The notes beneath the pieces were generated by a model. The model was not told where the DNA came from, ran no database searches, and worked only from the letters and a program-made list of their open reading frames with translations. A program made the translations under genes and the position numbers. From a virus, in the IMG/VR virus record IMGVR_UViG_3300031576_000030, positions 10,969-74,968 of that record: a stretch of 64,000 bases of DNA; one strand, written 5' to 3'. This document shows positions 18,604 through 27,864 of this stretch, piece after piece (the first letter of the stretch is position 1; every line of letters begins with the position of its first letter).

Positions 18604-20204
18604 TCAACCTGGCAAGCGTGCTCAACCTGCCGTATGCCTCGGCCTCGGTGCACTGCTGCATCGTCTCGCCGCCCTACCTGCAGGCGCGCAAATACCACGC
18701 CCAGGGCCACCACTACTGGCCGGGGGGGGAATATCTCCCAGTGGCGGGGCGGGACTTCGCCATCGCCATCCCCGAATGGATCGGCGACCTGGGACGTGAG
18801 ACGACTCAGGAGATGTATATCTTTCACGTGCTGGAAATGGTCAAAGAGATCATGCGCGTGCTGCGACCGGACGGGACGCTGTGGCTCAACCTGGGCGACG
18901 GCCTGGCGCGCGACGAGGCCAAAGGCGTCAAGTTTGCCGGTTATCCCGACGAGACTCAGGCGCTGGAGGAGAACCGCGGGCTGGACATCCCCCAGGGCTT
19001 ACAGGGCGGAGATCTGCTGATGACGCCGCACCGCGTCGCCCAGGCTGTCCAGGCGCTGGGTTTCATCGTGCGCGACGACACGGTGTGGGCCAAACGCAAC
19101 TGCAAGCCGGAGAGCAACGACGGCTGGGCCTACCGCCAGAACACATGCGCCTGCGTCCACGAGACGCAGCGCGCCGCACTGAAAGAGGAGATGGCTCGCC
19201 TGGGCGCAGATCGACATACCGCCGGGGCCAACGTGCGGCGGCGCATCGCCCGCGCGCCTCAGCCCGATTGCCCGGACTGCCGGGGAACGGGGAAACTTCC
19301 GCAGGTAAAGTTTCATCGGGGCAGTTGGCGCTTCACCCGCTCCCACGAATATCTGTTCCAGGTGGTACACCAGATGGGCTACTACGCCGACCGCGAGGCG
19401 GTCAAGGAACCGGCCCAGACCGTATCTATCCAGCGCGCCAAGCGAGGCGTGTCGGGAAACCACAAGTACACTCTTGGCGCGGCGGGCCAGGCGGTCGAGG
19501 GATTGTTCTCGCAGCGCGACGGCGACCCCGCGAGAATCGTGTCGCATACCCGCAACCCGCGTAGCGTCCAGTGGAGCGACGACCAGTCGGAAATCATCGA
19601 CTACCTGGCCGAGGAACACCCTCAGGTGTTGGCGGATTTTATTTCCCGACAGAACGGCAACAGCGTTCTCTTGCTCAAGACGCAGGGGTTTCGCGGCAAC
19701 CACTTTGCCACGTTCCCGCCCTCGCTCGTCGAGCGCCTGCTGCTGGCCTCCTGCCCGCAGAAGGTGTGCGACCAGTGCGGAATGCCCTGGGCGCGCGTGT
19801 TGGAGTACCACACGCCGGTGGCGGGCGTCGACTTCCCCATCGCCCACCATCGAGACGACACCGGCCCGTCCACCGCCGCCGCCCTGCGCAGCCGTACCTC
19901 GGCCCTGCGCGCTTCGGGCGGCGAGAAGTACATGGCGGCCAAGGCCGAGAATCCGCGCCGCACCGTGGGCTGGCAGAAGACTTGCCACGGCCACGAGTCG
20001 CGGGCCGTGCCCGGCATCGTTCTGGATCCGTGCGCCGGCTCCGGGACGGTCGGCTTCGTGGCGAGGCGAGCGGGACGGCGATTCATCCTGTCGGACATAT
20101 CGCCGGTGTACATGGACGAGATCGCCCTGGCCCGCGCAGCGCGCAAGACCAGCCGCAGACTCCTGGCGCAATTGCCGATGTTTCAGGGAAGTGAGGAGGC
20201 GTAG
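18600..20204 (+). CDS. N4/N6 DNA methyltransferase with Cys-rich insertions
   Basis: SPPY, RVLRPDGTLWLNLGD, HFATFP, VLDPCAGSGT. Confidence 0.9.
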   Translation: MINLASVLNLPYASASVHCCIVSPPYLQARKYHAQGHHYWPGGEYLPVAGRDFAIAIPEWIGDLGRETTQEMYIFHVLEMVKEIMRVLRPDGTLWLNLGDGLARDEAKGVKFAGYPDETQALEENRGLDIPQGLQGGDLLMTPHRVAQAVQALGFIVRDDTVWAKRNCKPESNDGWAYRQNTCACVHETQRAALKEEMARLGADRHTAGANVRRRIARAPQPDCPDCRGTGKLPQVKFHRGSWRFTRSHEYLFQVVHQMGYYADREAVKEPAQTVSIQRAKRGVSGNHKYTLGAAGQAVEGLFSQRDGDPARIVSHTRNPRSVQWSDDQSEIIDYLAEEHPQVLADFISRQNGNSVLLLKTQGFRGNHFATFPPSLVERLLLASCPQKVCDQCGMPWARVLEYHTPVAGVDFPIAHHRDDTGPSTAAALRSRTSALRASGGEKYMAAKAENPRRTVGWQKTCHGHESRAVPGIVLDPCAGSGTVGFVARRAGRRFILSDISPVYMDEIALARAARKTSRRLLAQLPMFQGSEEA

Positions 20205-20393
20205 ATGAGTATCGTGTATCAACTAGAAGTAGGAATCCAGAGATGGGTGGCCGAGGTCTACGACGGCCCGATTGTCATCCCCGCCGATTCTACCGCGACG
20301 CTGGAGTTGCGCCGCCGCGACGGCTCGGTGATCGTCCGCATGGAACTTCTCCCGATGGAGATCTACAGCATCGAAGTACGTGGGAACGCCTGA
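20205..20393 (+). CDS. Hypothetical protein
   Basis: GAGGAGG RBS, coupled to the next gene. Confidence 0.6.
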   Translation: MSIVYQLEVGIQRWVAEVYDGPIVIPADSTATLELRRRDGSVIVRMELLPMEIYSIEVRGNA

Positions 20394-21898
20394 TGCACCA
20401 GGTCGTGTGCGGAGATGTGACCGACTGGGCCGCGGCCTACGACGGGCCGCCGTTCCACGCACTGCTCATCGATCCGCCGTACCACCTGGAGAGCATCGCT
20501 CGACGTTTCGGCAAGCCCTCGGCCAAGCCCGCGCGCGGCGCGCTGTATGCCCGCGTCGGGCGCGGTTTCATGGGCCAGGCCTGGGACGGCGGAGATTGGG
20601 CCTTCCGCCCCTCCACCTGGAAACTTCTGACACGCCATCTCTACCCCGGCGGATTCGTCCTGGCCTTCGCCTCGCCGCGCAACGACTGGCTGATGGCGCA
20701 TGCCATGCACCGCGCTGGATTGGTGCTTCATCCCAAGGTCTTCCTGTGGGCCTATGCCCAGGGAGTTCCCAAGGCCACCCGCCTGGACAAGCGACTGCAG
20801 GCGATGAACGAAGGTCCCCTGGCGCAGTCGGTCAGGGACAATCACTTCTACGGCCTGCAGGTGCTGAAGCCCCAGGCCGAGACCATCCTGGTGGCGCAGA
20901 AGCCATATCGGGGCCGACCGCTGTTGAATATCCTGCACACGGGCGCAGGCACGTTCAATATCGGCGCGACTCGCCTGGGCGAGCGCGGCAAGAAATGGTC
21001 GCAGGCGCGTGGCGGATTCTGGCAGACTGATGCCGAGGCCCAGGCGGAACTCGAGACCAATCCCCTCGGTCGCTGGCCGGGCAACCTTCTGCTGTGCCAC
21101 CTGCCCGATTGCCTGAGCCTGGGCTGGGCATCGGTCGCGGGGCGGACTCTCAACCGATGGACGGACGGGGCCAAGCCCTTTGGCAACGGCGCGGGACATC
21201 CTTACGAGAGTCTGGATACGCCCGACGACTGGATCGAAGTGTGGCGCTGCGCAGCGGGCTGCCCGGTGGCGGCGCTCGACGAGCAGGCGGGACCCTTGGC
21301 CTCGGGCAAGATGTCCGCAGGCACGAAACGGTCGACGGACGGCGGCTACAACGGCGCGCAACCGGAGGTCGCCAACGAGCGCGACACCTACGGCGATGCG
21401 AGCAGCGCCTCCCGTTTCTTCAAGACCTGCGACTGGTCTTACGAGACCTTCGAGAGGTTGAACGAATCCCCCGCCGTCCACTACTCGGCCAAGGCCTCGG
21501 TCGCCGAGCGCGAACACGGACTATCGCACTTTCCAGCCCAATGGTTATCCGACGGACGCCCGACGCCTATCGACAACCAGTTCCAGCGCGGCCAGACCCA
21601 CAAGCGCAACCCGCACCCATCCGTCAAGCCCATCGGCCTGACGCGCTGGCTGGCGGCCCTGCTGCTGCCCCCACCGCTGTACGAGCGGCGTCTGCTCGTG
21701 CCGTGCTGCGGTGTGGGTAGCGAGATGATCGGCGGTCTGTTGGCCGGCTGGGATGAGATCGTCGGCATCGATCTCTCCCCGGAGTACGTCAAGGTGGCCC
21801 ATGCCCGCCTGGACTGGTGGTCGGCCCAACCGCGCAGCCAATGGGACGCGCCGGCGGCCTCCGATGCCCCAACGCAACTGGAGATGTTCGGTGCGTGA
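20393..21898 (+). CDS. N4/N6 DNA methyltransferase
   Basis: DPPY, GFMGQAWD, GRWPGN, ASRFF, HPSVKP, LVPCCGVGSE. Confidence 0.9.
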   Translation: MHQVVCGDVTDWAAAYDGPPFHALLIDPPYHLESIARRFGKPSAKPARGALYARVGRGFMGQAWDGGDWAFRPSTWKLLTRHLYPGGFVLAFASPRNDWLMAHAMHRAGLVLHPKVFLWAYAQGVPKATRLDKRLQAMNEGPLAQSVRDNHFYGLQVLKPQAETILVAQKPYRGRPLLNILHTGAGTFNIGATRLGERGKKWSQARGGFWQTDAEAQAELETNPLGRWPGNLLLCHLPDCLSLGWASVAGRTLNRWTDGAKPFGNGAGHPYESLDTPDDWIEVWRCAAGCPVAALDEQAGPLASGKMSAGTKRSTDGGYNGAQPEVANERDTYGDASSASRFFKTCDWSYETFERLNESPAVHYSAKASVAEREHGLSHFPAQWLSDGRPTPIDNQFQRGQTHKRNPHPSVKPIGLTRWLAALLLPPPLYERRLLVPCCGVGSEMIGGLLAGWDEIVGIDLSPEYVKVAHARLDWWSAQPRSQWDAPAASDAPTQLEMFGA

Positions 21899-22115
21899 GT
21901 GGCTGATTCTGCGGCACGATCCGCACCCGCTGAGCCTGGAAGGAAAGAAATTCATGCGCTCACAGATCGAGCGTGGCCTACAGCGTGACATCTTTCGTCC
22001 TGGCAGCCTGTTCGTCACTTTGAGAAATCCCAAGCGCTATTTCCTGTTGACCGCCACGGGGCTATTGCAAGTGGAGAAGAACTATGGAAGGCAACCTGCG
22101 ACCTATACCGCGTAA
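21891..22115 (+). CDS. Hypothetical protein
   Basis: GTG start after GGAG, overlapping the MTase end. Confidence 0.5.
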   Translation: MREWLILRHDPHPLSLEGKKFMRSQIERGLQRDIFRPGSLFVTLRNPKRYFLLTATGLLQVEKNYGRQPATYTA

Positions 22116-22233
22116 GGGACTGTTCCGCCGACCGCCCTCGGCCCTGGCGACTTTCCTGGCCTACATCGTGATCGTCGCCTTGATCTTCCTGGGCTGCAAC
22201 TTCCTGTCGATAGCCTATTTGGGGGTTCCATGA
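22084..22233 (+). CDS. 49-aa single-pass membrane protein
   Basis: MEGNLRPIPRKGLFRRPPSALATFLAYIVIVALIFLGCNFLSIAYLGVP; GGAG RBS; ATGA-coupled to 22230. Confidence 0.6.
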   Translation: MEGNLRPIPRKGLFRRPPSALATFLAYIVIVALIFLGCNFLSIAYLGVP

Positions 22234-22481
22234 ACGGCCAGCCGCTCTTGGGCGACCAGGCCCTGCTGCGACAGATGATGCGCGATCTGCAGCGGGCTTG
22301 GGCTATTGTCTACGACGACACGGTGCTGCAAAGCCTGCCGCCGCAGGAGGTGCAGGCGTTAGGGGTATCACTCCGTCATTGTATCGTGTGCGCGACCAAT
22401 CTGCTGATGCGCTGCGGCGACTACGGACCCTACCTGATGGAGGCAAAAGATGATCACGCAAAAATGCCACGTGTGTGGTGA
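22230..22481 (+). CDS. Hypothetical protein
   Basis: Coupled ORF. Confidence 0.55.
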   Translation: MNGQPLLGDQALLRQMMRDLQRAWAIVYDDTVLQSLPPQEVQALGVSLRHCIVCATNLLMRCGDYGPYLMEAKDDHAKMPRVW

Positions 22482-22653
22482 GGCACGGCCCGGCGACCAG
22501 ATCGGCGTGCGCATAATCGAAGTGAGCCTGGAGTACGGTCTGCCGCCGGACACGATGCAGATGAACGTGCGCTACTGCCGCGACAAGCCAGAGTGCACCG
22601 CCATGTCCAAGGACTATCGCTTCGGCTTGCGGCCTCGGCAACCCATCTTTTGA
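22450..22653 (+). CDS. Small Cys-containing hypothetical protein
   Basis: GGAGG RBS; CHVC...YC....C. Confidence 0.6.
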   Translation: MITQKCHVCGEARPGDQIGVRIIEVSLEYGLPPDTMQMNVRYCRDKPECTAMSKDYRFGLRPRQPIF

Positions 22654-22658
22654 TGGGT
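22641..22658 (+). terminator. Hairpin, possible terminator
   Basis: ACCCATC-TTTT-GATGGGT at the end of the gene run; no strong U tract. Confidence 0.35.
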
Positions 22659-22710
22659 ATTCATTGACCATTAATCCTGTGCGGGGAAAGAAAGTATATA
22701 ATCATCTGGG

Positions 22711-22889
22711 TGGGTAGCGGCGTGGCGAGTTGACACGCTAGGCGGTTGCAACCGCCTGTAGTTAGCGGAAGTCGTGCGACTAAAGCCTCCCCTGCCAAGC
22801 GTGGACGACGCACGTAAGGCAGAACAAGGGTATGCCCAAAGGGAGGACAGCCAGGACGGAATATGTAGAAACGGACACTGGCCTATCCA
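22711..22889 (+). ncRNA. tRNA-like structured RNA (not a canonical tRNA)
   Basis: Terminal 7-bp stem TGGGTAG/CTATCCA, D-arm-like GCGTG/CACGC, T-arm-like GCCAG/CTGGC, internal hairpins; TATAAT 8 nt upstream. Confidence 0.55.
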
Positions 22890-22941
22890 TCAGAATTTCG
22901 ATGTACAGCATCGGCGGAGAATTCGCTCTGATTGGAGAACA

Positions 22942-23181
22942 ATGAACATCAACATTAAGGACTCGCCTTGGCTCACCGAGGCCAATTGGTCAGACGAGCA
23001 GGCACGCTATATGCTCATCGCCCTGCTGCATGAAGGCGTCCTGTCCGCAAGACGTGGCGAGGACGGTGCCTTATTTTTCTCTTACGCTTGGGCATACTAT
23101 CCAGATGGCGTGTCCCAGTCCGAGGCCATCGCCGAGTTGGGCGCGATGGAGTTCGATGAGGCGGGGCAAAGAATCGAATGA
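22942..23181 (+). CDS. Hypothetical protein
   Basis: GGAG RBS before MNINIK; coupled to the HNH gene. Confidence 0.6.
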   Translation: MNINIKDSPWLTEANWSDEQARYMLIALLHEGVLSARRGEDGALFFSYAWAYYPDGVSQSEAIAELGAMEFDEAGQRIE

Positions 23182-23558
23182 GTCCGCGTAAGTCTATCGG
23201 CGACTACCCATCCGACTGGAAGGACATCGCGCGAACCGTCAAGCAGGCGGCGGGCTGGCAATGTGTGCGCTGCGGTGCTCCCCATGACAGGGAGACGGGC
23301 CATGTCCTGACTTGCCATCATCTCGATCTCAATCCCGAAAATAATTCGTGGTACAACCTGGCGGCCCTATGTCAGCGTTGTCACCTACACATTCAGGGCA
23401 AAGTGATCATGGAGCGCATCTGGATGTTCGAACACAGCCCGTGGTTCCGACCCTACGTAGCCGGATTCTATGCTGACCAATTTGGTCTGCCGACCGACCG
23501 CGAATACGTCATGGCCCACCTGGACGAGTTGATCGCCTTGGGGCAGGGAAGATGCTAG
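23178..23558 (+). CDS. HNH endonuclease-like protein
   Basis: YPSDW..CVRCG..LTCHHLD.NPENN..NLAALCQRCH. Confidence 0.85.
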   Translation: MSPRKSIGDYPSDWKDIARTVKQAAGWQCVRCGAPHDRETGHVLTCHHLDLNPENNSWYNLAALCQRCHLHIQGKVIMERIWMFEHSPWFRPYVAGFYADQFGLPTDREYVMAHLDELIALGQGRC

Positions 23559-25258
23559 CCCAGGCCAACGCAATCCGCATTCCGCTGGCGGCGGAATCTG
23601 TCCACTGCGTCACGACCTCGCCGCCGTTCTGGGGCTTGCGCGCCTATCAGGGCCAGCAATCGTTTGCTTGGCCGGGCGGCTCATTCGCCCCCTGGCCGGG
23701 CCTGCCCAAATGCGTCGAGATACCGGGGCCGGACGAGAATGAATTGACGCAATGCCAACACAACTTTCAGATTATGGGTAAGAGTACAACCCGTATACGC
23801 CACGGCGCAATAGGCGGCCTACATGCAGGGCGATCAGTCAATAAACTCTCTCGCAACATTCTGCTCAACCCTAATACCGGCGCATGTTGTCTGAAATGCG
23901 GCGCTTGGCGCGGCGGCCTGGGGCAGGAGCCGCAACCCGAAATGTTTATTTTCCATATCCTGCTGGTCATGCGCGAAGTCCGCCGCGTGCTACGGCCCGA
24001 TAGCGTGTGCTACTTCGACATTGGGGATTGCTATGCCAGCAATGGCAAGGGAAGTAACGTGGGACAAAGAAGTAGCACATTACGAGGCAGAGGAATCAAT
24101 CAAGGTTCAATGCCACTCAAGATGGACAAGTTTAGTCTAATACTACCCAAGGGCAATCTCGTCGGCATCCCGGCGATGCTGCTCAAGGCGTTACAGGCCG
24201 ACGGCTGGATTGTTCGCAACGACCTTGTGTGGCACAAAGTCGCGCCGATGCCGGAGAGCCTGAACGGGACTCGTTATGAGGCTGCGCCGTGCGGGTGTCT
24301 TCAATATGAGGGTAAGCGTAATGAGACATTGACAGTAGGTAAGCAAAGGCTGAACAACGGTGACCTTACTTCTGGCAAAACCGTTAGCGACCATGCCGAC
24401 CCCGACTGCCCCGATTGCGGCGGGACGGGGCGGGTGGGCGAGCCGGAGTTGCGGCGCGGCAGTTGGAGGCACACGCGCGCGCACGAATTTGTGTTCATGC
24501 TCACGAAGCAGATGGGCTACTGGAGCGACAAAGAGGCGGTGAAGGAGAAAGTCAAGGAGTCTAGTCTAATACGATCTCAAAGCGGCTGGCATGGGCAAAA
24601 GGATAATGGCAGATCTGAGCCGGATAATACAGATAAAATGGGAACTCGATGGGCGTCCCCATCGGGTCGCAACCCGCGCAGCGTCCTCTCCGCCGAGAAT
24701 GATTTTGTTCTGGGGGCATGGCTGGCCGAGAATGCGCCTGTGCTACTGGCTGAATACCTCGAACAGGCGCGCAATTCTCCTTCGGTAATGTCACCTGCGC
24801 CGTCGGCTTATTCGGGCAACCATTACGCCACTTACCCTCCCGGCCTCATCCAGCCCTTCATCCTGGCCTCCTGCCCGGCGCGCTGCTGCCCGGTGTGCGG
24901 CGCGGGCTGGGCCCCGGTGGTGGAGATTCCAGAGGGCAGGCCGAGAGGCTCCTATCACGATCATAGTCAAGATGGGATTGAATACGGACGAAGGCAAGGC
25001 GGCAAAGGGCCAGCCAATCTATCGGGAGATCAGCAATTGTATGTCACCGGCTACCGTCCAACGTGCGCCCACCCGCATACGGAGCAAGAGGCGCTTCCGG
25101 GAATTGTTTTGGATCCATTCTGCGGGAGCGGAACCACCGGTTTAGTCGCCCGCGAACTGGGTCGCCGCTTCGTCGGGCTGGACGTATCTCTGCCCTACCT
25201 ACGCGACCAGGCGATGGGCCGAGCCGAAGTCTACACGTTGCCGCTGATGGCGGTGTGA
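23552..25258 (+). CDS. N4/N6 DNA methyltransferase, paralogue of 18600-20204
   Basis: TSPPFWGLR, HYATYP, VLDPFCGSGTT; same CxC..CPDC and CP..C..C inserts. Confidence 0.9.
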   Translation: MLAQANAIRIPLAAESVHCVTTSPPFWGLRAYQGQQSFAWPGGSFAPWPGLPKCVEIPGPDENELTQCQHNFQIMGKSTTRIRHGAIGGLHAGRSVNKLSRNILLNPNTGACCLKCGAWRGGLGQEPQPEMFIFHILLVMREVRRVLRPDSVCYFDIGDCYASNGKGSNVGQRSSTLRGRGINQGSMPLKMDKFSLILPKGNLVGIPAMLLKALQADGWIVRNDLVWHKVAPMPESLNGTRYEAAPCGCLQYEGKRNETLTVGKQRLNNGDLTSGKTVSDHADPDCPDCGGTGRVGEPELRRGSWRHTRAHEFVFMLTKQMGYWSDKEAVKEKVKESSLIRSQSGWHGQKDNGRSEPDNTDKMGTRWASPSGRNPRSVLSAENDFVLGAWLAENAPVLLAEYLEQARNSPSVMSPAPSAYSGNHYATYPPGLIQPFILASCPARCCPVCGAGWAPVVEIPEGRPRGSYHDHSQDGIEYGRRQGGKGPANLSGDQQLYVTGYRPTCAHPHTEQEALPGIVLDPFCGSGTTGLVARELGRRFVGLDVSLPYLRDQAMGRAEVYTLPLMAV

Positions 25259-25947
25259 GAATGGAAAACATTCTTGGCCCATACGTATTGGGCACGACGG
25301 ACGATGAACATCAGGGGATATACACGGGCGACGCATTGGAGTTAGCAGAGGCCATTCCTGATGAGAGCGTGGATTTTATTTTCACTGACCCAGTGTACTG
25401 GCATATAGATGATTACCTTTGGTTAGCGGAGGTTGCTAGCAGAGTTCTCAAGCCCACAGGTACGGTGTTGGCACAGGTGGGGGCACTATTTTGGATCGAG
25501 GCACAAAACGCCTTTCGGGAAGTAGGGGAAATGGTACATCTGCCGCCCATAATAGAGGTATACCATTTTTCGACCACGGCATTTCAGGTCGGGTCGGTCA
25601 GAATCTTATCTGGTTATCAGCCGTACATTTGGGCTATCAAAACAATGCGGACTCTTTCGATCATGAACAGGAGTTTCGGCAAACGCGACAAAGTTCATCA
25701 TGAGTGGGGGGATGGGGCAAACTTCTTTTCCCGATACATTCAGGTATTGACCGAATCAGACCAAGTGATATTCGACCCTTTTACGGGTGGCGGGACAGTC
25801 CCCGCTGTGTGTAAGATGTTGGGTCGGAAGTGGCTGGCATTCGAGATAAATCCAGCGGTAGCGGAACGGGCGCAGGAGCGTGTGCGTAACACCCCGTCGC
25901 CACTTTTTACGGCGGAAGTCTACACGCTGCCGCTGATGGCCGTGTGA
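25223..25947 (+). repeat. 36-bp imperfect direct repeat (25223-25258 and 25912-25947), both encoding AEVYTLPLMAV-stop
   Basis: 33/36 identical; the three differences are synonymous. Confidence 0.9.
25261..25947 (+). CDS. Compact N4/N6 DNA methyltransferase
   Basis: DFIFTDPVY, IFDPFTGGGT, AFEIN. Confidence 0.85.
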   Translation: MENILGPYVLGTTDDEHQGIYTGDALELAEAIPDESVDFIFTDPVYWHIDDYLWLAEVASRVLKPTGTVLAQVGALFWIEAQNAFREVGEMVHLPPIIEVYHFSTTAFQVGSVRILSGYQPYIWAIKTMRTLSIMNRSFGKRDKVHHEWGDGANFFSRYIQVLTESDQVIFDPFTGGGTVPAVCKMLGRKWLAFEINPAVAERAQERVRNTPSPLFTAEVYTLPLMAV

Positions 25948-27110
25948 TGAGATTCGGCAGCCTGTTTTCGGGGATCGGCGGGTTCGATAGAGGCTTTGAA
26001 CGCATCGGCATGTCGTGTGCCTGGCAGGTGGAGAATGACCGCTCATGCCAAAAGGTGTTGGCGCACCATTGGCCCAACGTGAAGCGATACGGGGACATCC
26101 GGGAGGTAGTAGACCTTGAACCAGTTGACCTTATTTGCGGGGGGTTCCCCTGTCAAGACCTGTCAGTGGCCGGAGGCCGCGCGGGCCTGGCTGGAGAACG
26201 CAGCGGACTTTGGCACGAGTTCCATCGCATTCTTACAGAGTGTCGCCCGCGATGGGCTGTCGTCGAGAATGTCCCCGGCCTGCTTTCCAGCAACGGAGGG
26301 CGAGATTTTGCCGTCATCCTTCGCGGGCTGGTCGAATGCGGGTATGGCGTCGCCTATCGGATACTCGACGCTCAGTATTTCGGAGTGGCCCAGCGCCGCC
26401 GCCGTGTGTTCATTGTCGGAAGTCTTGGAGACGGACGCGTTGCCCAAGCACTTTTTGAGTCCGAAGGCTTGCCGGGGCATACTCCGCCGCGCCGCCAAGA
26501 GGGGACGGCCAATACCGGACTTTCTGGAACGCTGTCTGCGAATGGTGGCGGGATAGACCGACCCGCCGGAAATGCCAACGAGTTAGACTTCTGCGTTGCC
26601 GCCCCGCTCCGAGCAGGGCGGGCCAGAGCGGATACATTTGGGGACGCTGGCAACGTAGTGGCCTTCCAGCAGAACACGCGCGATGAAGTCAGGCTCATCG
26701 GCGGCAATGGAAGCCACGTTGGGGCGTTGTCGGCAGAGCCGGGAATGAAGCAGCAAAACTACATCGCTGGTGCGATCACTACGCATCAAAGGCGTGGTAA
26801 TCCTGATAACCAGACGTTTGTGGTTGCTCCGTCCTTGGTCAGCCATCACAACAACCTAGATAAACAGGCGTATATAGCCTTCGACCCGTTGCGGGCCGGG
26901 ATCGAGAGGACATTCATTCACCGCACAGGTTCGTTCGGCGTCCGCCGCCTCACCCCGGTGGAATGCGAGAGACTCCAGGGATTTCCCGATGGATTCACTG
27001 ACTTGCCGCAATCCGACAGCATGCGCTACCGCCAATTGGGGAATGCGGTATGCGTTCCGGTAGTGGAGTGGATTGGGCGGCGACTGTGGGTCGCCGAATA
27101 CAACGAGTGA
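25944..27110 (+). CDS. C5-cytosine DNA methyltransferase
   Basis: SLFSGIGG, GGFPCQD, ENV, QRRRRVF, RRLTPVECERLQGFPD, QLGNAV. Confidence 0.95.
   Translation: MMRFGSLFSGIGGFDRGFERIGMSCAWQVENDRSCQKVLAHHWPNVKRYGDIREVVDLEPVDLICGGFPCQDLSVAGGRAGLAGERSGLWHEFHRILTECRPRWAVVENVPGLLSSNGGRDFAVILRGLVECGYGVAYRILDAQYFGVAQRRRRVFIVGSLGDGRVAQALFESEGLPGHTPPRRQEGTANTGLSGTLSANGGGIDRPAGNANELDFCVAAPLRAGRARADTFGDAGNVVAFQQNTRDEVRLIGGNGSHVGALSAEPGMKQQNYIAGAITTHQRRGNPDNQTFVVAPSLVSHHNNLDKQAYIAFDPLRAGIERTFIHRTGSFGVRRLTPVECERLQGFPDGFTDLPQSDSMRYRQLGNAVCVPVVEWIGRRLWVAEYNE
26116..26556 (+). CDS. Nested alternative-frame polypeptide in the C5 MTase (M.EcoHK31I beta-like)
   Basis: GGAGG RBS at about 26102 before TTG; SLSEVLET...FLSPKACRGILRRAAKRG motif. 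Confidence 0.6.
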   Translation: MNQLTLFAGGSPVKTCQWPEAARAWLENAADFGTSSIAFLQSVARDGLSSRMSPACFPATEGEILPSSFAGWSNAGMASPIGYSTLSISEWPSAAAVCSLSEVLETDALPKHFLSPKACRGILRRAAKRGRPIPDFLERCLRMVAG

Positions 27111-27142
27111 ACCTCCTCTAAAATTGAAAGGATCACCAAAAA

Positions 27143-27463
27143 ATGCCTGACTCACAACCGTTCGACCAGTGGGCCGTCCTGGAAATCATGGGCCACGTCC
27201 GCCTGGCCGGTCGCGTCCGCGAACAGTCCGTCGCCGGCACCGGCTTCCTGCGCATCGACGTGCCCGAAACCGTTGGCCTGCCCGCCTTCACCCGCCTGTA
27301 TGGGACCAACACCATCTACAGCATCACCCCAGTCTCCGAAGAGTTCGCCCGCCAAGCCGCTGCCGCCCTGCGCGAAACGCCCGTGAATGTCTACGTGCCT
27401 GCCCTACATCCCCCGCAACCCTCCCTGTTCCACGGTGAACAATACGACGATGACGACGAATAA
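27143..27463 (+). CDS. Conserved-looking phage hypothetical protein
   Basis: WAVLEIMGHVRLAGRVREQSVAGTGFLRIDVP. Confidence 0.7.
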   Translation: MPDSQPFDQWAVLEIMGHVRLAGRVREQSVAGTGFLRIDVPETVGLPAFTRLYGTNTIYSITPVSEEFARQAAAALRETPVNVYVPALHPPQPSLFHGEQYDDDDE

Positions 27464-27773
27464 GTACCGCGCCGTCCCCACCACCCTCGACGGCGTCCGC
27501 TTTGCCTCTAAACGCGAAGCCGCTCGCTATGCCGACCTGCGCCTCCTGCAAAAAGCAGGCCAACTCACCGACCTGCGCTGCCAGGTCGCCTTCGACCTCC
27601 GCGTTAACAATATCGCCGTCGCCATCTACGTCGCCGACTTCACCTACCATACCCCCGATGGCGCACGGGTCGTCGAAGATGTCAAATGCCCCCCCACCCG
27701 TACCCCCCTCTATCGCCTTAAAAAGAAACTGATGAAGGCCGTCCATAATATCGACATCACCGAAGTCGAGTGA
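27450..27773 (+). CDS. DUF1064-family PD-(D/E)XK nuclease
   Basis: NKYRA...DGVRFASKREAARY..L..LQKAG...YVADFTY...VVEDVK. Confidence 0.85.
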   Translation: MTTNKYRAVPTTLDGVRFASKREAARYADLRLLQKAGQLTDLRCQVAFDLRVNNIAVAIYVADFTYHTPDGARVVEDVKCPPTRTPLYRLKKKLMKAVHNIDITEVE

Positions 27774-27804
27774 CCCTCCCCCCCCCCTTTTCCTTATGTC
27801 AATA

Positions 27805-27864
27805 CAATAATTCGGTCAACCTACTCCAATAATTCGGTCAAGTTGCCTAACAATCGCCTAACAA
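27805..27864 (+). repeat. Phased direct repeats: CAATAATTCGGTCAA x2 (22-bp period), GCCTAACAA x2 (11-bp period)
   Basis: Read directly at 27805/27827 and 27845/27856, after a poly-C tract. Confidence 0.8.

Noticed and set aside
22711-22889. Canonical tRNA or tmRNA gene
   Set aside because: No TTCRA T-loop or 7-nt anticodon loop; too short for tmRNA and no tag frame seen. Kept only as a tRNA-like candidate.
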